Below, in pieces: positions 20,827-29,406 of a DNA stretch of 64,000 nt. Positions within the stretch are counted from its first letter, which is position 1, and every line of letters begins with the position of its first letter. The stretch is from assembly GCA_029560465.1 (NCBI GenBank), contig JAKQKX010000102.1, positions 4,601 through 68,600 of the forward strand. The letters run 5' to 3'. The notes under the pieces were generated by a model, which worked only from the letters and a program-made list of their open reading frames with translations, did not search any database and had not been told where the DNA came from. Source of the stretch: Candidatus Omnitrophota bacterium. GTDB taxonomy: Bacteria; Omnitrophota; Gorgyraeia; Zapsychrales; JANLHA01. A program made the position numbers and the translations under genes.

Positions 20827-21121
20827 GTTTATACGGCCGCTGTTTATTCTTCAAAGATTTTTTTACGATCTCCTGCTCGATATCAATCTTGAAACCCCCG
20901 CAAAGATCCAGAAGCCGGATAAAAGTGTCGGCGATCTCTTCCCGAAAATTTTCGTCATTCTGCGTCCGGTAGGCTTCCATGGCCTCCGCCAATTCGGTCA
21001 CGACCAGCATCAGCGCCTCACCGATATTCCTTTCTTGGTCCCAGAACCCTTTCTCCCTGGCGATCCCGTGACAAATATCCGCCCATTCATTCATTGTTTT
21101 TTTATCTGTCGTGATAGTCAC
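20810..21121 (-). CDS. MazG-like nucleotide pyrophosphohydrolase (single domain)
   Basis: TELAEAMEA...EEIADTFIRLLD (ExxE...ExxD); C-terminal KNKQRPYKHG. Confidence 0.85.
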   Translation of the reverse strand: MTITTDKKTMNEWADICHGIAREKGFWDQERNIGEALMLVVTELAEAMEAYRTQNDENFREEIADTFIRLLDLCGGFKIDIEQEIVKKSLKNKQRPYKHGKIC

Positions 21122-21124
21122 CCC

Positions 21125-21841
21125 TTACCTCCTTCTTCGTTCCTGCGTGGGGACACGTTGATATTGCTTTAAGAAAGCCCGCATGTCGTCCGGCAACGGG
21201 GCCTCGTTCCTGATTGTCTGATGCAAAACGGGATGTCTCCAAGAGAGAGCGCCGGCGTGCAGGGCACACCGCCGGAAATGCACCGGCAAGTCTTTGCGGA
21301 AAGCATACACCCGTTCTCCCAAAAGCGGATGCCCGATGTCCCGGAAATGGATACGGATCTGGTTCTTGCGTCCGGTTTCCGGGATGACGTCCACCACGGA
21401 AAACAAAGGATATTCCGCGCGGACCTTGTAATGAGTCACCGCGCTTTTTTTCGTGTTTTGCCCGGATAAATTCTTGTAACGGTCGTCAATAACCCGCCGG
21501 ATCGTGCCTTGACGCGGGGAGATCCGCCCCCCGACAAAAGCGACATATGATTTTGTCACCTCTTTGCGGCGAAACGCGTCCATCATCGCCTTTTGGTTGA
21601 CCTTGCCTCGGGCAAAAAGGATAACCCCCGATGTTTCCCGGTCAAGACGGTGGCAGGGATACAATTTGCGCTGATCGCGTCCTTGAGGATCCTTATCTTT
21701 AAAACACTCCGCCCAAAACGGGCGGGTGTTAACCAACTCTATCATTGACTTTTTCCCCTGTCCCGGAGAAGGGATGACCAAGAGGCCGGCGGGTTTATTG
21801 AACACCACATAATCATCGTCCTGATACACAATTTCAATCAT
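21125..21841 (-). CDS. RluA-family pseudouridine synthase
   Basis: NKPAGL, HRLDRETSG, TGRKNQIRIH, HPLLG and LHA motifs. Confidence 0.93.
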   Translation of the reverse strand: MIEIVYQDDDYVVFNKPAGLLVIPSPGQGKKSMIELVNTRPFWAECFKDKDPQGRDQRKLYPCHRLDRETSGVILFARGKVNQKAMMDAFRRKEVTKSYVAFVGGRISPRQGTIRRVIDDRYKNLSGQNTKKSAVTHYKVRAEYPLFSVVDVIPETGRKNQIRIHFRDIGHPLLGERVYAFRKDLPVHFRRCALHAGALSWRHPVLHQTIRNEAPLPDDMRAFLKQYQRVPTQERRRR

Positions 21842-21895
21842 GGCAAAAACGGTTCACGGCGGGGTTAGAAGAAAGGAGAAACTGGAAACAGCGCC

Positions 21896-22063
21896 TCACG
21901 CCGACCCGCTGTCCTGCTCATTCTCCACGTACAGGCCTTCCAGGAGATCGGTCATATAATTGAGCTTTTTAAGGACAAGCACCGGAAACACCACAAAAAT
22001 CCATATCTGCAACAGCATGGCAAACATCAATTGCCCGGGCGAAAGATTTAATATATTTTCCAT
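21896..22063 (-). CDS. Small single-TM protein, 55 aa (absent from the ORF track)
   Basis: Translated by hand as MENILNLSPGQLMFAMLLQIWIFVVFPVLVLKKLNYMTDLLEGLYVENEQDSGSA; GGAG lies 7 nt upstream of the ATG; fills the gap in a co-oriented cluster. Confidence 0.75.
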   Translation of the reverse strand: MENILNLSPGQLMFAMLLQIWIFVVFPVLVLKKLNYMTDLLEGLYVENEQDSGSA

Positions 22064-22119
22064 ACACAAACTCCAGGGATAAAAAACCGTTCAGCGGCTA
22101 ACGACGGGTGCCCCTCCGG

Positions 22120-22509
22120 CTACCGGCCATCGGACGATTCCGTCTCTTTCTCCAGGGTGGTTTCAATAAAATCGGCGATACTTTCCGCGTCACGGCTTTT
22201 GATTTCGTTAAAATAAATCGCCACGTTAAAAATATCCGTGCCCGGCACAGACTCCGTCCGCACAATAACGCCCTGACAAGAAATCTTCTTCGTCTGCGTC
22301 TTCCCGTCTTTCTTGCAGGAAAGCAAAAGATGGATATTCAACTTGGTCATGGGCTCTATGTACTTATCAACCTGACAATAGACCCCGGCACGGCTCAAGT
22401 TTTTAGTTTCCGTCACGACATCAAAATCATCGCTGTAAATCTTGACAGGGATATTCCCCTGTGTCCGGGGATACTTCCTGCGGTCCATCCCGCTGAATTG
22501 GTGACTCAC
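22120..22509 (-). CDS. Stand-alone PilZ-domain protein
   Basis: RRKYPR (RxxxR) and NLSRAG (D/NxSxxG); SD TAAGGAGG. Confidence 0.9.
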   Translation of the reverse strand: MSHQFSGMDRRKYPRTQGNIPVKIYSDDFDVVTETKNLSRAGVYCQVDKYIEPMTKLNIHLLLSCKKDGKTQTKKISCQGVIVRTESVPGTDIFNVAIYFNEIKSRDAESIADFIETTLEKETESSDGR

Positions 22510-22547
22510 AGTTCCTCCTTAAAGCGAAGGGGCGAACGCCCGACGCG

Positions 22548-22700
22548 CTACTCTGCCGGCTGCGCGCCAGCCGCTGCCTTGGCTTTTTTCCAACAATTTT
22601 GATTGCAGTAATATTTACCGTTCCGGTAATATCGTTTTGCTCTGACAACGGCTTTCTTGCAACCCGCGCAATTTTTCAAAGCTTCATCTTGATCAGCCAT
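22548..22700 (-). CDS. Small Cys4 zinc-finger protein, 50 aa (absent from the ORF track)
   Basis: Translated by hand as MADQDEALKNCAGCKKAVVRAKRYYRNGKYYCNQNCWKKAKAAAGAQPAE; CxxC...YCxxxC; AAGGAG upstream. Confidence 0.8.
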   Translation of the reverse strand: MADQDEALKNCAGCKKAVVRAKRYYRNGKYYCNQNCWKKAKAAAGAQPAE

Positions 22701-22740
22701 AACGTCTTTCAGCTCCTTTCCATAGAATTGATCACAACAC

Positions 22741-23121
22741 TCACAAAGACTTCCTTTGAGGATACAAATATTTCATGAGATACCGGTGCAGGAGCCTTTG
22801 ACCATGAATATTTTGCGGGGTCTTGGCGAATTCCAGCCCCAAATTATATTGCTCCGAATGCGGCAATTTCTGAACCCACACGACACGGGCGATCAATGTC
22901 ACCGACTGGTCGTGATCGATGGAAAACTCCACCGACAAATCGGTGTTAAGCGGGATAAAACTATAAGCGCGGAACCGCAGCCCCCCTTCGCTTAAATCCC
23001 AACTCAGGCACCCCCCGAAAGAGGGAAGCGGAACACCGTGTCCCGCAGGCCCGCCCGGCAAGACATGAAATTCTATCGCCTCTCGAAAGACGATGCGTTT
23101 GTATCTTCTTTTTTCGAACAC
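22741..23121 (-). CDS. Stand-alone PilZ-domain protein
   Basis: EKRRYKR, DLSEGG, ARVVW and GLEF. Confidence 0.9.
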   Translation of the reverse strand: MFEKRRYKRIVFREAIEFHVLPGGPAGHGVPLPSFGGCLSWDLSEGGLRFRAYSFIPLNTDLSVEFSIDHDQSVTLIARVVWVQKLPHSEQYNLGLEFAKTPQNIHGQRLLHRYLMKYLYPQRKSL

Positions 23122-23156
23122 TAATCGTATATATCTTCTGGTTTTTCTTTTGGTGA

Positions 23157-23184
23157 ATTATAACATAGAATACTCTGCTGACAA
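23157..23184 (-). promoter_or_regulatory. Promoter of the PilZ cluster
   Basis: TTGTCA-16 bp-TATAAT with an extended TG (TGTTATAAT). Confidence 0.65.
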
Positions 23185-23311
23185 TTGTTTTTTTCTGCTT
23201 CCCCTCTGCTTGACAGCCGGCTCACACCCCGGATACCCCCGCCGCGTTTCATAGAAACAGGACATTCATAACTATAAGCGATACAATGAGCTAATATTCA
23301 TCAATTCCTCG

Positions 23312-23340
23312 TTTACCTCATTTATCCAGCATGATATAAT
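23312..23340 (+). promoter_or_regulatory. Promoter of the exeA-like gene (probably leaderless)
   Basis: TTTACC-17 bp-TATAAT with an extended TG; the ATG lies only 7 nt after the -10 box. Confidence 0.7.
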
Positions 23341-23347
23341 TGAGCCC

Positions 23348-24160
23348 ATGTATACAGAATTTTATGGTTTAAAAGACTTCCCTTTCAACATGACTTCTGA
23401 TCCGGAATATTTCTTCAGCAGTTCCCGGCATATGGATGCCTTCTCCCACTTGGTGTACGGCGTGCACCAACGCAAAGGGATTATGGTCGTAACCGGGGAG
23501 ATCGGCACGGGGAAAACGACCCTCTGCCGGACTCTGCTCAGCCGGATGGACAACAATGTCCGCACCGCGCTGATCTTAAACCCTTCTTTTTCCGAAATCC
23601 AACTGCTGCAGCTGATCCTAAAAGATCTCGGAATCAGGGGAGAGCATAAAAACAAACTCGCCCTGATCGACGCCTTGAACGCTTTTCTGATCGAGGAAAA
23701 CGAGCTCGGCCGCAACGTGGTCATCATCATCGACGAAGCCCAGAATCTTAAGCCCAGCCAGCTGGAACAAATCCGGTTGCTGTCCAACATCGAAACCGAG
23801 AAATACAAATTATTGCAAATCATCCTCGTCGGGCAGCCGGAATTGCTGGACAAGCTCAAACTGCCCTCCCTCCGGCAGCTGAACCAAAGGGTCGCGGTCC
23901 GCTACCACATCCTGCCCCTGGAGAAGGAAGAGCTGCGCCATTACCTTTCCTTCCGCCTGACAGTCGCCAGGGGTGAAAACAGCGGAACGCAGCCGGTTCA
24001 ATTCACCGATAAAGCCATCGACGCGATTCATCTCATAACCAAAGGCACGCCCAGGGTCATTAACATGCTCTGTGACCGGGCCTTGTTAGCCGGCTTTGTG
24101 CAGGAAACATTTTCTATTGACGAAAAAATCATTTATAAATGCGCCAGAGAGGTAACCTAA
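23348..24160 (+). CDS. ExeA/GspA (MshM-like) AAA ATPase
   Basis: MYTEFYGL..FPF..TSDP, TGEIGTGKTT, IIDEAQNL, LVGQPEL and GTPRVINMLCDRALL; no C-terminal peptidoglycan-binding domain. Confidence 0.92.
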   Translation: MYTEFYGLKDFPFNMTSDPEYFFSSSRHMDAFSHLVYGVHQRKGIMVVTGEIGTGKTTLCRTLLSRMDNNVRTALILNPSFSEIQLLQLILKDLGIRGEHKNKLALIDALNAFLIEENELGRNVVIIIDEAQNLKPSQLEQIRLLSNIETEKYKLLQIILVGQPELLDKLKLPSLRQLNQRVAVRYHILPLEKEELRHYLSFRLTVARGENSGTQPVQFTDKAIDAIHLITKGTPRVINMLCDRALLAGFVQETFSIDEKIIYKCAREVT

Positions 24161-24162
24161 CC

Positions 24163-24729
24163 ATGAGCATTATCAATGACGCCTTGAAGAAAACCCAACA
24201 AAACATGAACCCCGACGGAAGTGCTGTGGCGGCTCAGCAAGGGGCTTCCGGAGTCCCCCAGGAATCGTCCCCGAAACTGGGCGATGAACGTTTTGCCAAG
24301 CCGCCTGCGGCAAAAAGCAGCGGCCCAACCACGCCGCCGGCCGGAAAACAGCCGGCACCCCCCCCAAAAAAAACGCCTAAAAACCCGCCCCTCAAAAACC
24401 CGAAAAGACGGGTTCCCCTGCTTGGGACAGGGCTTGCGGCCGTGATCCTTCTGGCGCTTGCCGCCGGTTTATTAAAATTCTGGAACCAATGGCCCTTCGC
24501 TTCAGAGCCCCGCAAGGCATCTTCCTCGCCCAAGCATGAATCCCCCGACGGGTTGTATGTTTCCGGGATCATGACAACAGGGGACAAACGCGTGGCGCTC
24601 ATCAATAATGAGATTTATGAACTGGGGGATATCGTCAACGGGATGCGCATCGTGGAAATCGAGAAGGACAAAGTCCACCTCTCTTACGGGGATCAGCAAA
24701 CCAAAATTCTTAAAGTATACGGAAATTAA
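24163..24729 (+). CDS. GspB/ExeB-like protein
   Basis: MSIINDALKK N-terminus, Pro-rich linker, one TM helix, and C-terminal VSGIM...ALINNEIY..GD.V.G..I.EI. Confidence 0.8.
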   Translation: MSIINDALKKTQQNMNPDGSAVAAQQGASGVPQESSPKLGDERFAKPPAAKSSGPTTPPAGKQPAPPPKKTPKNPPLKNPKRRVPLLGTGLAAVILLALAAGLLKFWNQWPFASEPRKASSSPKHESPDGLYVSGIMTTGDKRVALINNEIYELGDIVNGMRIVEIEKDKVHLSYGDQQTKILKVYGN

Positions 24730-24752
24730 AAAACCGCAATCCGGCGGGATTG

Positions 24753-25838
24753 TCACATCACATCTTTAATGGCCGCCTCGATTTCCTTGGAATCCACGCC
24801 TTCCGTCACTTTCACGCTTCCGATCCCAGTCAAGAGGACGAACCGGTTTTTCTTCCCAGAGAACTTCTTGTCGTGTTCCATATACTTCATGATATCGCTT
24901 AAGGCCACATACTTGATGCGTTCAGGAAGCCCGGCAGCTGTGATAAGGGCGTTCAATTTTTCGACGCTGTTTGGCCCGATAAATCCCAGGCGGACGGAAA
25001 GCCCCGCAGCGACCCTCATCCCCAGGGCCACGGCTTCCCCATGCTGATAATCTTTGTATCGGTTTGCTGTTTCGATGGCATGGCCAATGGTGTGCCCAAA
25101 ATTAAGGATCGTCCTCATCCCTTTGATCTCACGTTCATCCTTCATGACAATCTTGGCTTTAATGCGGCTGCAGTTGGCGACCACTTCCTGCAAGGCCTTC
25201 GCGTCGAGCGCCAATAATTTATCAACATTATTGTAAACATACTCAAAAAAATTGCGGTCGCAAATCGCCCCGTATTTAATGACTTCCGCCAGCCCGTTGC
25301 GTATCTGCCTCTGGTCCAACGTCGAAAGAAGGGCCGCGTCGCTAAAGACCAGCCTGGGTTGATAAAAAGCGCCGACCAGGTTCTTCCCCGAAGGCAGGTC
25401 AATCGCCACCTTTCCGCCGATGGCGGAATCGATCTGCGCCAAGAAAGTTGTCGGGACCTGTGCATAAGGGATGCCCCGCCGGTAAGCCGCGGCGACATAC
25501 CCCGCCAAATCCCCGATCACCCCGCCGCCGAAAGCCAGGATAAAGATTTTCCTCTTCACGTTATAGCCGGCGACCTGTTCGATCAAGTTAAACGCCTGGA
25601 CCGCCGACTTGCTTTCTTCGCCGTCCGGGACTTCCAAAAATTTCGTCGTAAACCCGCCCTTCTTCAGCGACGCGCTCAGAGCTTTGCCATGCAGTTGCCG
25701 GACAACCGGATTGCTAATAATCACGGCATCGTCCCCGAGACCGAGGGATTTCAGCCGCGCGCCCAGTTCCGGCAAACATTTATGCCCGATCAGGATCTCA
25801 TAACTATTCTCGCCCAGATCAACCTTAATATTGATCAT
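24753..25838 (-). CDS. aroB: 3-dehydroquinate synthase
   Basis: GEESK, GGGVIGDLAG, PTTFLAQIDSAIGGK, LNFGHTIGHAIE and HGEAVA. Confidence 0.97.
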   Translation of the reverse strand: MINIKVDLGENSYEILIGHKCLPELGARLKSLGLGDDAVIISNPVVRQLHGKALSASLKKGGFTTKFLEVPDGEESKSAVQAFNLIEQVAGYNVKRKIFILAFGGGVIGDLAGYVAAAYRRGIPYAQVPTTFLAQIDSAIGGKVAIDLPSGKNLVGAFYQPRLVFSDAALLSTLDQRQIRNGLAEVIKYGAICDRNFFEYVYNNVDKLLALDAKALQEVVANCSRIKAKIVMKDEREIKGMRTILNFGHTIGHAIETANRYKDYQHGEAVALGMRVAAGLSVRLGFIGPNSVEKLNALITAAGLPERIKYVALSDIMKYMEHDKKFSGKKNRFVLLTGIGSVKVTEGVDSKEIEAAIKDVM

Positions 25839-25869
25839 GACGTCTCCCTCCCTGTTTTACCCGGCCGCG

Positions 25870-26478
25870 TTAAATAGCGGACACATTCACTCCCAGTTTC
25901 AGGCCCCAGCGCACCACCCCCGCCCAAAGAAAGTCGAGCAGCCCTAAATTAAGGCCAGCGAAAACTATCAGAAGCCCGATGGGCTCAAGCTGGGCATATC
26001 GCCTCATCCACCGCATCGGCAGCAACCCCATCACGATCCGCGACCCGTCTAAAGGGGGGACCGGGACCAAGTTAAAAGCCGCCAGAAGCAAATTCAGAAG
26101 GATCACAACACTCAACAAATCCCTGAAAAAAGGACCGGGGGCAAACCGCAACAACACGCTGGATAAAAGCGCGATGCCAATATTTGCGGCCGGCCCGGCC
26201 AAAGCGACCCACAGCATGTCCCTTTTGGGAACCCGTAAGTTAGAAAAATTAACCGGGACCGGTTTGGCCCAACCGATGGGGGAAAATCCCATAAGTTTCA
26301 AGAGTGCTGGGACAAGAAACGTCCCTAGCGGGTCAATATGCTTTAACGGGTTCAATGTCAGGCGGCCGGCCATGCGGGCCGTCGGATCACCCAATAAATA
26401 AGCCGCCCAGCCATGAGCGATCTCATGCAAGACGACCGACACAAACACAATAATGACTAACAGGATAATATCACCCAT
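25870..26478 (-). CDS. Site-2 protease (M50)
   Basis: HEIAH, GDPTA..GRLTLNP, AGP and FNLVPVPPLDG. Confidence 0.93.
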   Translation of the reverse strand: MGDIILLVIIVFVSVVLHEIAHGWAAYLLGDPTARMAGRLTLNPLKHIDPLGTFLVPALLKLMGFSPIGWAKPVPVNFSNLRVPKRDMLWVALAGPAANIGIALLSSVLLRFAPGPFFRDLLSVVILLNLLLAAFNLVPVPPLDGSRIVMGLLPMRWMRRYAQLEPIGLLIVFAGLNLGLLDFLWAGVVRWGLKLGVNVSAI

Positions 26479-26510
26479 GAGGAAGACGGGAGCCCAGCCC
26501 TTTCAGGGCC

Positions 26511-27443
26511 TTAGAGCACATAGCTGATTCGGTTGACAAAAATAACCGGATGAGGCGTATTCATCTCGGGGAGAACAACACCCTCCACGCTGACCTTGTT
26601 GTGAAGGAAAATATCGAACAAACGGCGATAGCCCTTCAGATAATAGGATTGATTGTTTTCCATGACAACGCTGTGACGGATATCCGCCGAGAGGGATTCC
26701 TGGTTGATATCAATAATAATGCCCTGAACCGATATCCAATTGGGATCTTTTTGTGAAACAGGCTCTTCCTCTCCGGCCGCCTGCGCCTCTTGCTGCGCGG
26801 CCTCCTGGGCCATGCGTTTTTTCACGTAAATATTTTTTGTCGGCAGGCGAACCACCCGCGCCGGGGGAATCGGAAAATCGGTCCTCTTGATATATTCGGC
26901 CGAAACCCAGCCGTAACTCTCATCAATAGGCTCAATTTTGACCCACTGCATGTCCGGCTGTTCAAGCACCCGGACCAAAGATTCTTTCTCGACCTGGCCC
27001 AGGATCGCCGCCTCAATGCGGGGCTGGGCCCGGATATTCACCCGGTCGCCCAAAACCTCAGCAATCCCTTCGCCGAGCATCTTCACGTATTTCGCGCTGA
27101 CATAACTGTCCGCATTCTCGGGGAGCTTGATTTTATACCAGTCATAATCCTTGGCCACCACAACGACCTTTTCCCCGCTTATCAGCTTCCCGATCTTTTC
27201 AAAATTGGTGTTCTGTCCGGCCCGGATATTAAGATAATTTTGAGTGCTGATCTCTCCCACAAACGGGAAGGATTGGGTTTCTTGCGCGGACAGAATCCCG
27301 GGGGCCAAAATCAGCGACACCAAAACAGCGACGATAGACACCACTGGCCTCAGAGGCAAAAAGGCCCCTCGTCCCCGGGTCGAAAGCGGCCCCAGGAATC
27401 CAAGCGTACGCCCAGCAAAAATTTTACTTCTTCGCGGGTCCAC
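26511..27443 (-). CDS. Secreted protein with two bacterial SH3 domains
   Basis: LNIRAGQ...WYKI...YVSAKYV and VNIRAQP...WVKI...GWVSAEYI; the true start is probably downstream of the listed one. Confidence 0.85.
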   Translation of the reverse strand: MDPRRSKIFAGRTLGFLGPLSTRGRGAFLPLRPVVSIVAVLVSLILAPGILSAQETQSFPFVGEISTQNYLNIRAGQNTNFEKIGKLISGEKVVVVAKDYDWYKIKLPENADSYVSAKYVKMLGEGIAEVLGDRVNIRAQPRIEAAILGQVEKESLVRVLEQPDMQWVKIEPIDESYGWVSAEYIKRTDFPIPPARVVRLPTKNIYVKKRMAQEAAQQEAQAAGEEEPVSQKDPNWISVQGIIIDINQESLSADIRHSVVMENNQSYYLKGYRRLFDIFLHNKVSVEGVVLPEMNTPHPVIFVNRISYVL

Positions 27444-27645
27444 TGGCGGCTGTTTCTTCTTCTTTCTTGACCTTTGTTTTCTTCGCTTTAACCTTCAAAA
27501 TTTTTGTTTTCGGCAGGGCCACCACGTTCTGCCCTTCTTTCCACAGGTCTTTCTTCATAAGATCTTTAATGCGTTCGAGGCGGGTTAAAACCGTACGCTG
27601 TTGAGCGCCGGCCGTGTCGACACGCAAGGATGAATGTAATGACAT
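27424..27645 (-). CDS. PVC-type small basic protein (TIGR04137-like)
   Basis: MSLHSSLR...RTVLTRLERI..L...W.EG..V..LPKTK plus a Lys-rich tail; SD TAAGGAG. Confidence 0.85.
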   Translation of the reverse strand: MSLHSSLRVDTAGAQQRTVLTRLERIKDLMKKDLWKEGQNVVALPKTKILKVKAKKTKVKKEEETAASGPAKK

Positions 27646-27647
27646 GG

Positions 27648-28277
27648 TTATAATCTCCTTATTAGACAATCTTTATATTTCTTCTTTAATTCCTGCGACA
27701 CCACCTTGGCTTCTTCTTCAACAGGAAATTTGCCTACGCAAACAATGGAATATTGTCCCTTGGGGACCACCATAATATCGTAGCCTTTGTCCTGTAATTG
27801 CATCGCCTCCTTTTGCGCCATGGCTCTTTTTTTAAAAGATGCTACCTGAATAGTATAGAACTTGTCAACAACTTTTTCTTCCTCCCCTTTCGGGCTGTCT
27901 GAGGCCCCGGGCACAGGCGCCCCCTCGTCTACACGCGCCAACGGAGCAGGCGCTGGGGAATCCCCAGCTATCTTGTTATCAATATTAGCTTTAGCTTCTT
28001 CATGGACCGGGGACGACGGCGACAGGGCTTCCAGCGTTGGCCGCTGCGGATAAAGCATCCTTAGGATCGAAGATTTACTGATCCTTTTCCCTTTCTCCAT
28101 CCCCAGGGAAAAAGACATCACCATGATGACCACCACCGCCATCATCAAAATCGTGATACTTTCAATCGAAAGGCTCAGCTTCCCGACAAAAAATGTCCGA
28201 TGTTCCGCATGAACCGGCGCATCCTTGTCCTTTGGAAAAAGTTCAAACTGAGTTGGTTTCCTTTGAAAAGTAGACAT
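27648..28277 (-). CDS. SPOR-domain membrane protein
   Basis: N-terminal TM (SFSLG), linker, and C-terminal YTIQVASF...VCVGKF SPOR repeat. Confidence 0.9.
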   Translation of the reverse strand: MSTFQRKPTQFELFPKDKDAPVHAEHRTFFVGKLSLSIESITILMMAVVVIMVMSFSLGMEKGKRISKSSILRMLYPQRPTLEALSPSSPVHEEAKANIDNKIAGDSPAPAPLARVDEGAPVPGASDSPKGEEEKVVDKFYTIQVASFKKRAMAQKEAMQLQDKGYDIMVVPKGQYSIVCVGKFPVEEEAKVVSQELKKKYKDCLIRRL

Positions 28278-28291
28278 AGATTATTATTATC

Positions 28292-29386
28292 TTATCTCTT
28301 AATATTACTCAAGTAATCTCTAAATTTTTTTCGTTTATAAAGCTGGGTAAAAACACGGACGACTTTCGGATCAAACTGGGTGCCGCTGTGCAGTTGGATT
28401 TCTTTGACGGCCGTTGTCATGTTAAGTTTTTCCCGGTAAGGCCGGCCGCAAACCATGGCTTCAAAAGCGTCCACGACCGCCATGATCCTGGCCCCGATCG
28501 GGATCTGCTCCTTTTTCAGCCCGGAAGGATATCCCGTGCCGTCGTACTTTTCATGGTGATACAACACCAGCGGCAGAACCGGGCCCAGAAACTCAACCGG
28601 CCGGATTAGTTCCGCGCTTTTATTGGGAAGCTCCCGGATCACGTTAAACTCTTCCGGCGTCAAATGGCTCGTTTTTGAAAGGATATCATACGGCACATCA
28701 ATCGCACCCGCATCATGAAGAACACTTGCGTAATAAAGGCAGTCAATTCCTTCCTGCCCGATATTGAGCATTTCCGCGATGGATTTTGCGATATAAAAAT
28801 AAACCGGAGTGTGCGGGCCGGTGCGGCGGCCTTGTTTCTCAAGCAATTTATCAATCAGCTTAATACTTCCCAGGATAATTTTTTGTTGCTGTTCATAAAG
28901 CTGCAGGTTCTTGATCGCGGTGACCGACTGCTCGGCGAAAACCGACAACATCTCCCGGTCAAACTCGGTGAACGGGGGTTCCCCTCCGCCCCGCCGGATA
29001 AAAATGGCGCCGATATTCTCGTCGGCAACCATCGGGAGCCCCAGGAGCCTTTTCTCGCGGATCGCGTACCCCTCGGTGACCTTGATCTCCTTTTGAGGGA
29101 TTGATTCAAGCTCACTTTTTTTATCGAGCAAAATATTGATCTTGTTATCAAATATCGCCACCAGCACAATTTTCTTTTTATCCGGGTCCAGGAGGATCAC
29201 CCGCGCGGACTTTCCCCGGATGAACTGGCACAAAAGCCGGGTAAGGCGCAGGGACAGTTCCTTGACGTTATAAGTCGAATTCACCAGGCGGTAAACCATG
29301 TGGACCGCCGACAGGACGCGCTTGCAGCGCTCATTGTTGCTGATCACGTAGGTGTTCTGAAAGTAATGTTTTTTGTCTTTGGCCAT
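28292..29386 (-). CDS. GAF + HD-GYP domain protein
   Basis: GAF end (PFTEFDREMLSVFAEQ..AIKN.QLYE); LHD and HHEKYDGTGYP...IPIGARI. Confidence 0.9.
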   Translation of the reverse strand: MAKDKKHYFQNTYVISNNERCKRVLSAVHMVYRLVNSTYNVKELSLRLTRLLCQFIRGKSARVILLDPDKKKIVLVAIFDNKINILLDKKSELESIPQKEIKVTEGYAIREKRLLGLPMVADENIGAIFIRRGGGEPPFTEFDREMLSVFAEQSVTAIKNLQLYEQQQKIILGSIKLIDKLLEKQGRRTGPHTPVYFYIAKSIAEMLNIGQEGIDCLYYASVLHDAGAIDVPYDILSKTSHLTPEEFNVIRELPNKSAELIRPVEFLGPVLPLVLYHHEKYDGTGYPSGLKKEQIPIGARIMAVVDAFEAMVCGRPYREKLNMTTAVKEIQLHSGTQFDPKVVRVFTQLYKRKKFRDYLSNIKR

Positions 29387-29406
29387 GACGGGTTCTTCCC
29401 GGAGCC

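Noticed and set aside
22427-22648. 73-aa minus-strand ORF from the track
   Set aside because: It overlaps both the PilZ gene and the better-supported 50-aa zinc-finger ORF, which has an ATG start and an SD.
23185-23310. c-di-GMP riboswitch between the PilZ cluster and exeA
   Set aside because: No GEMM-like motifs are recognisable on either strand.
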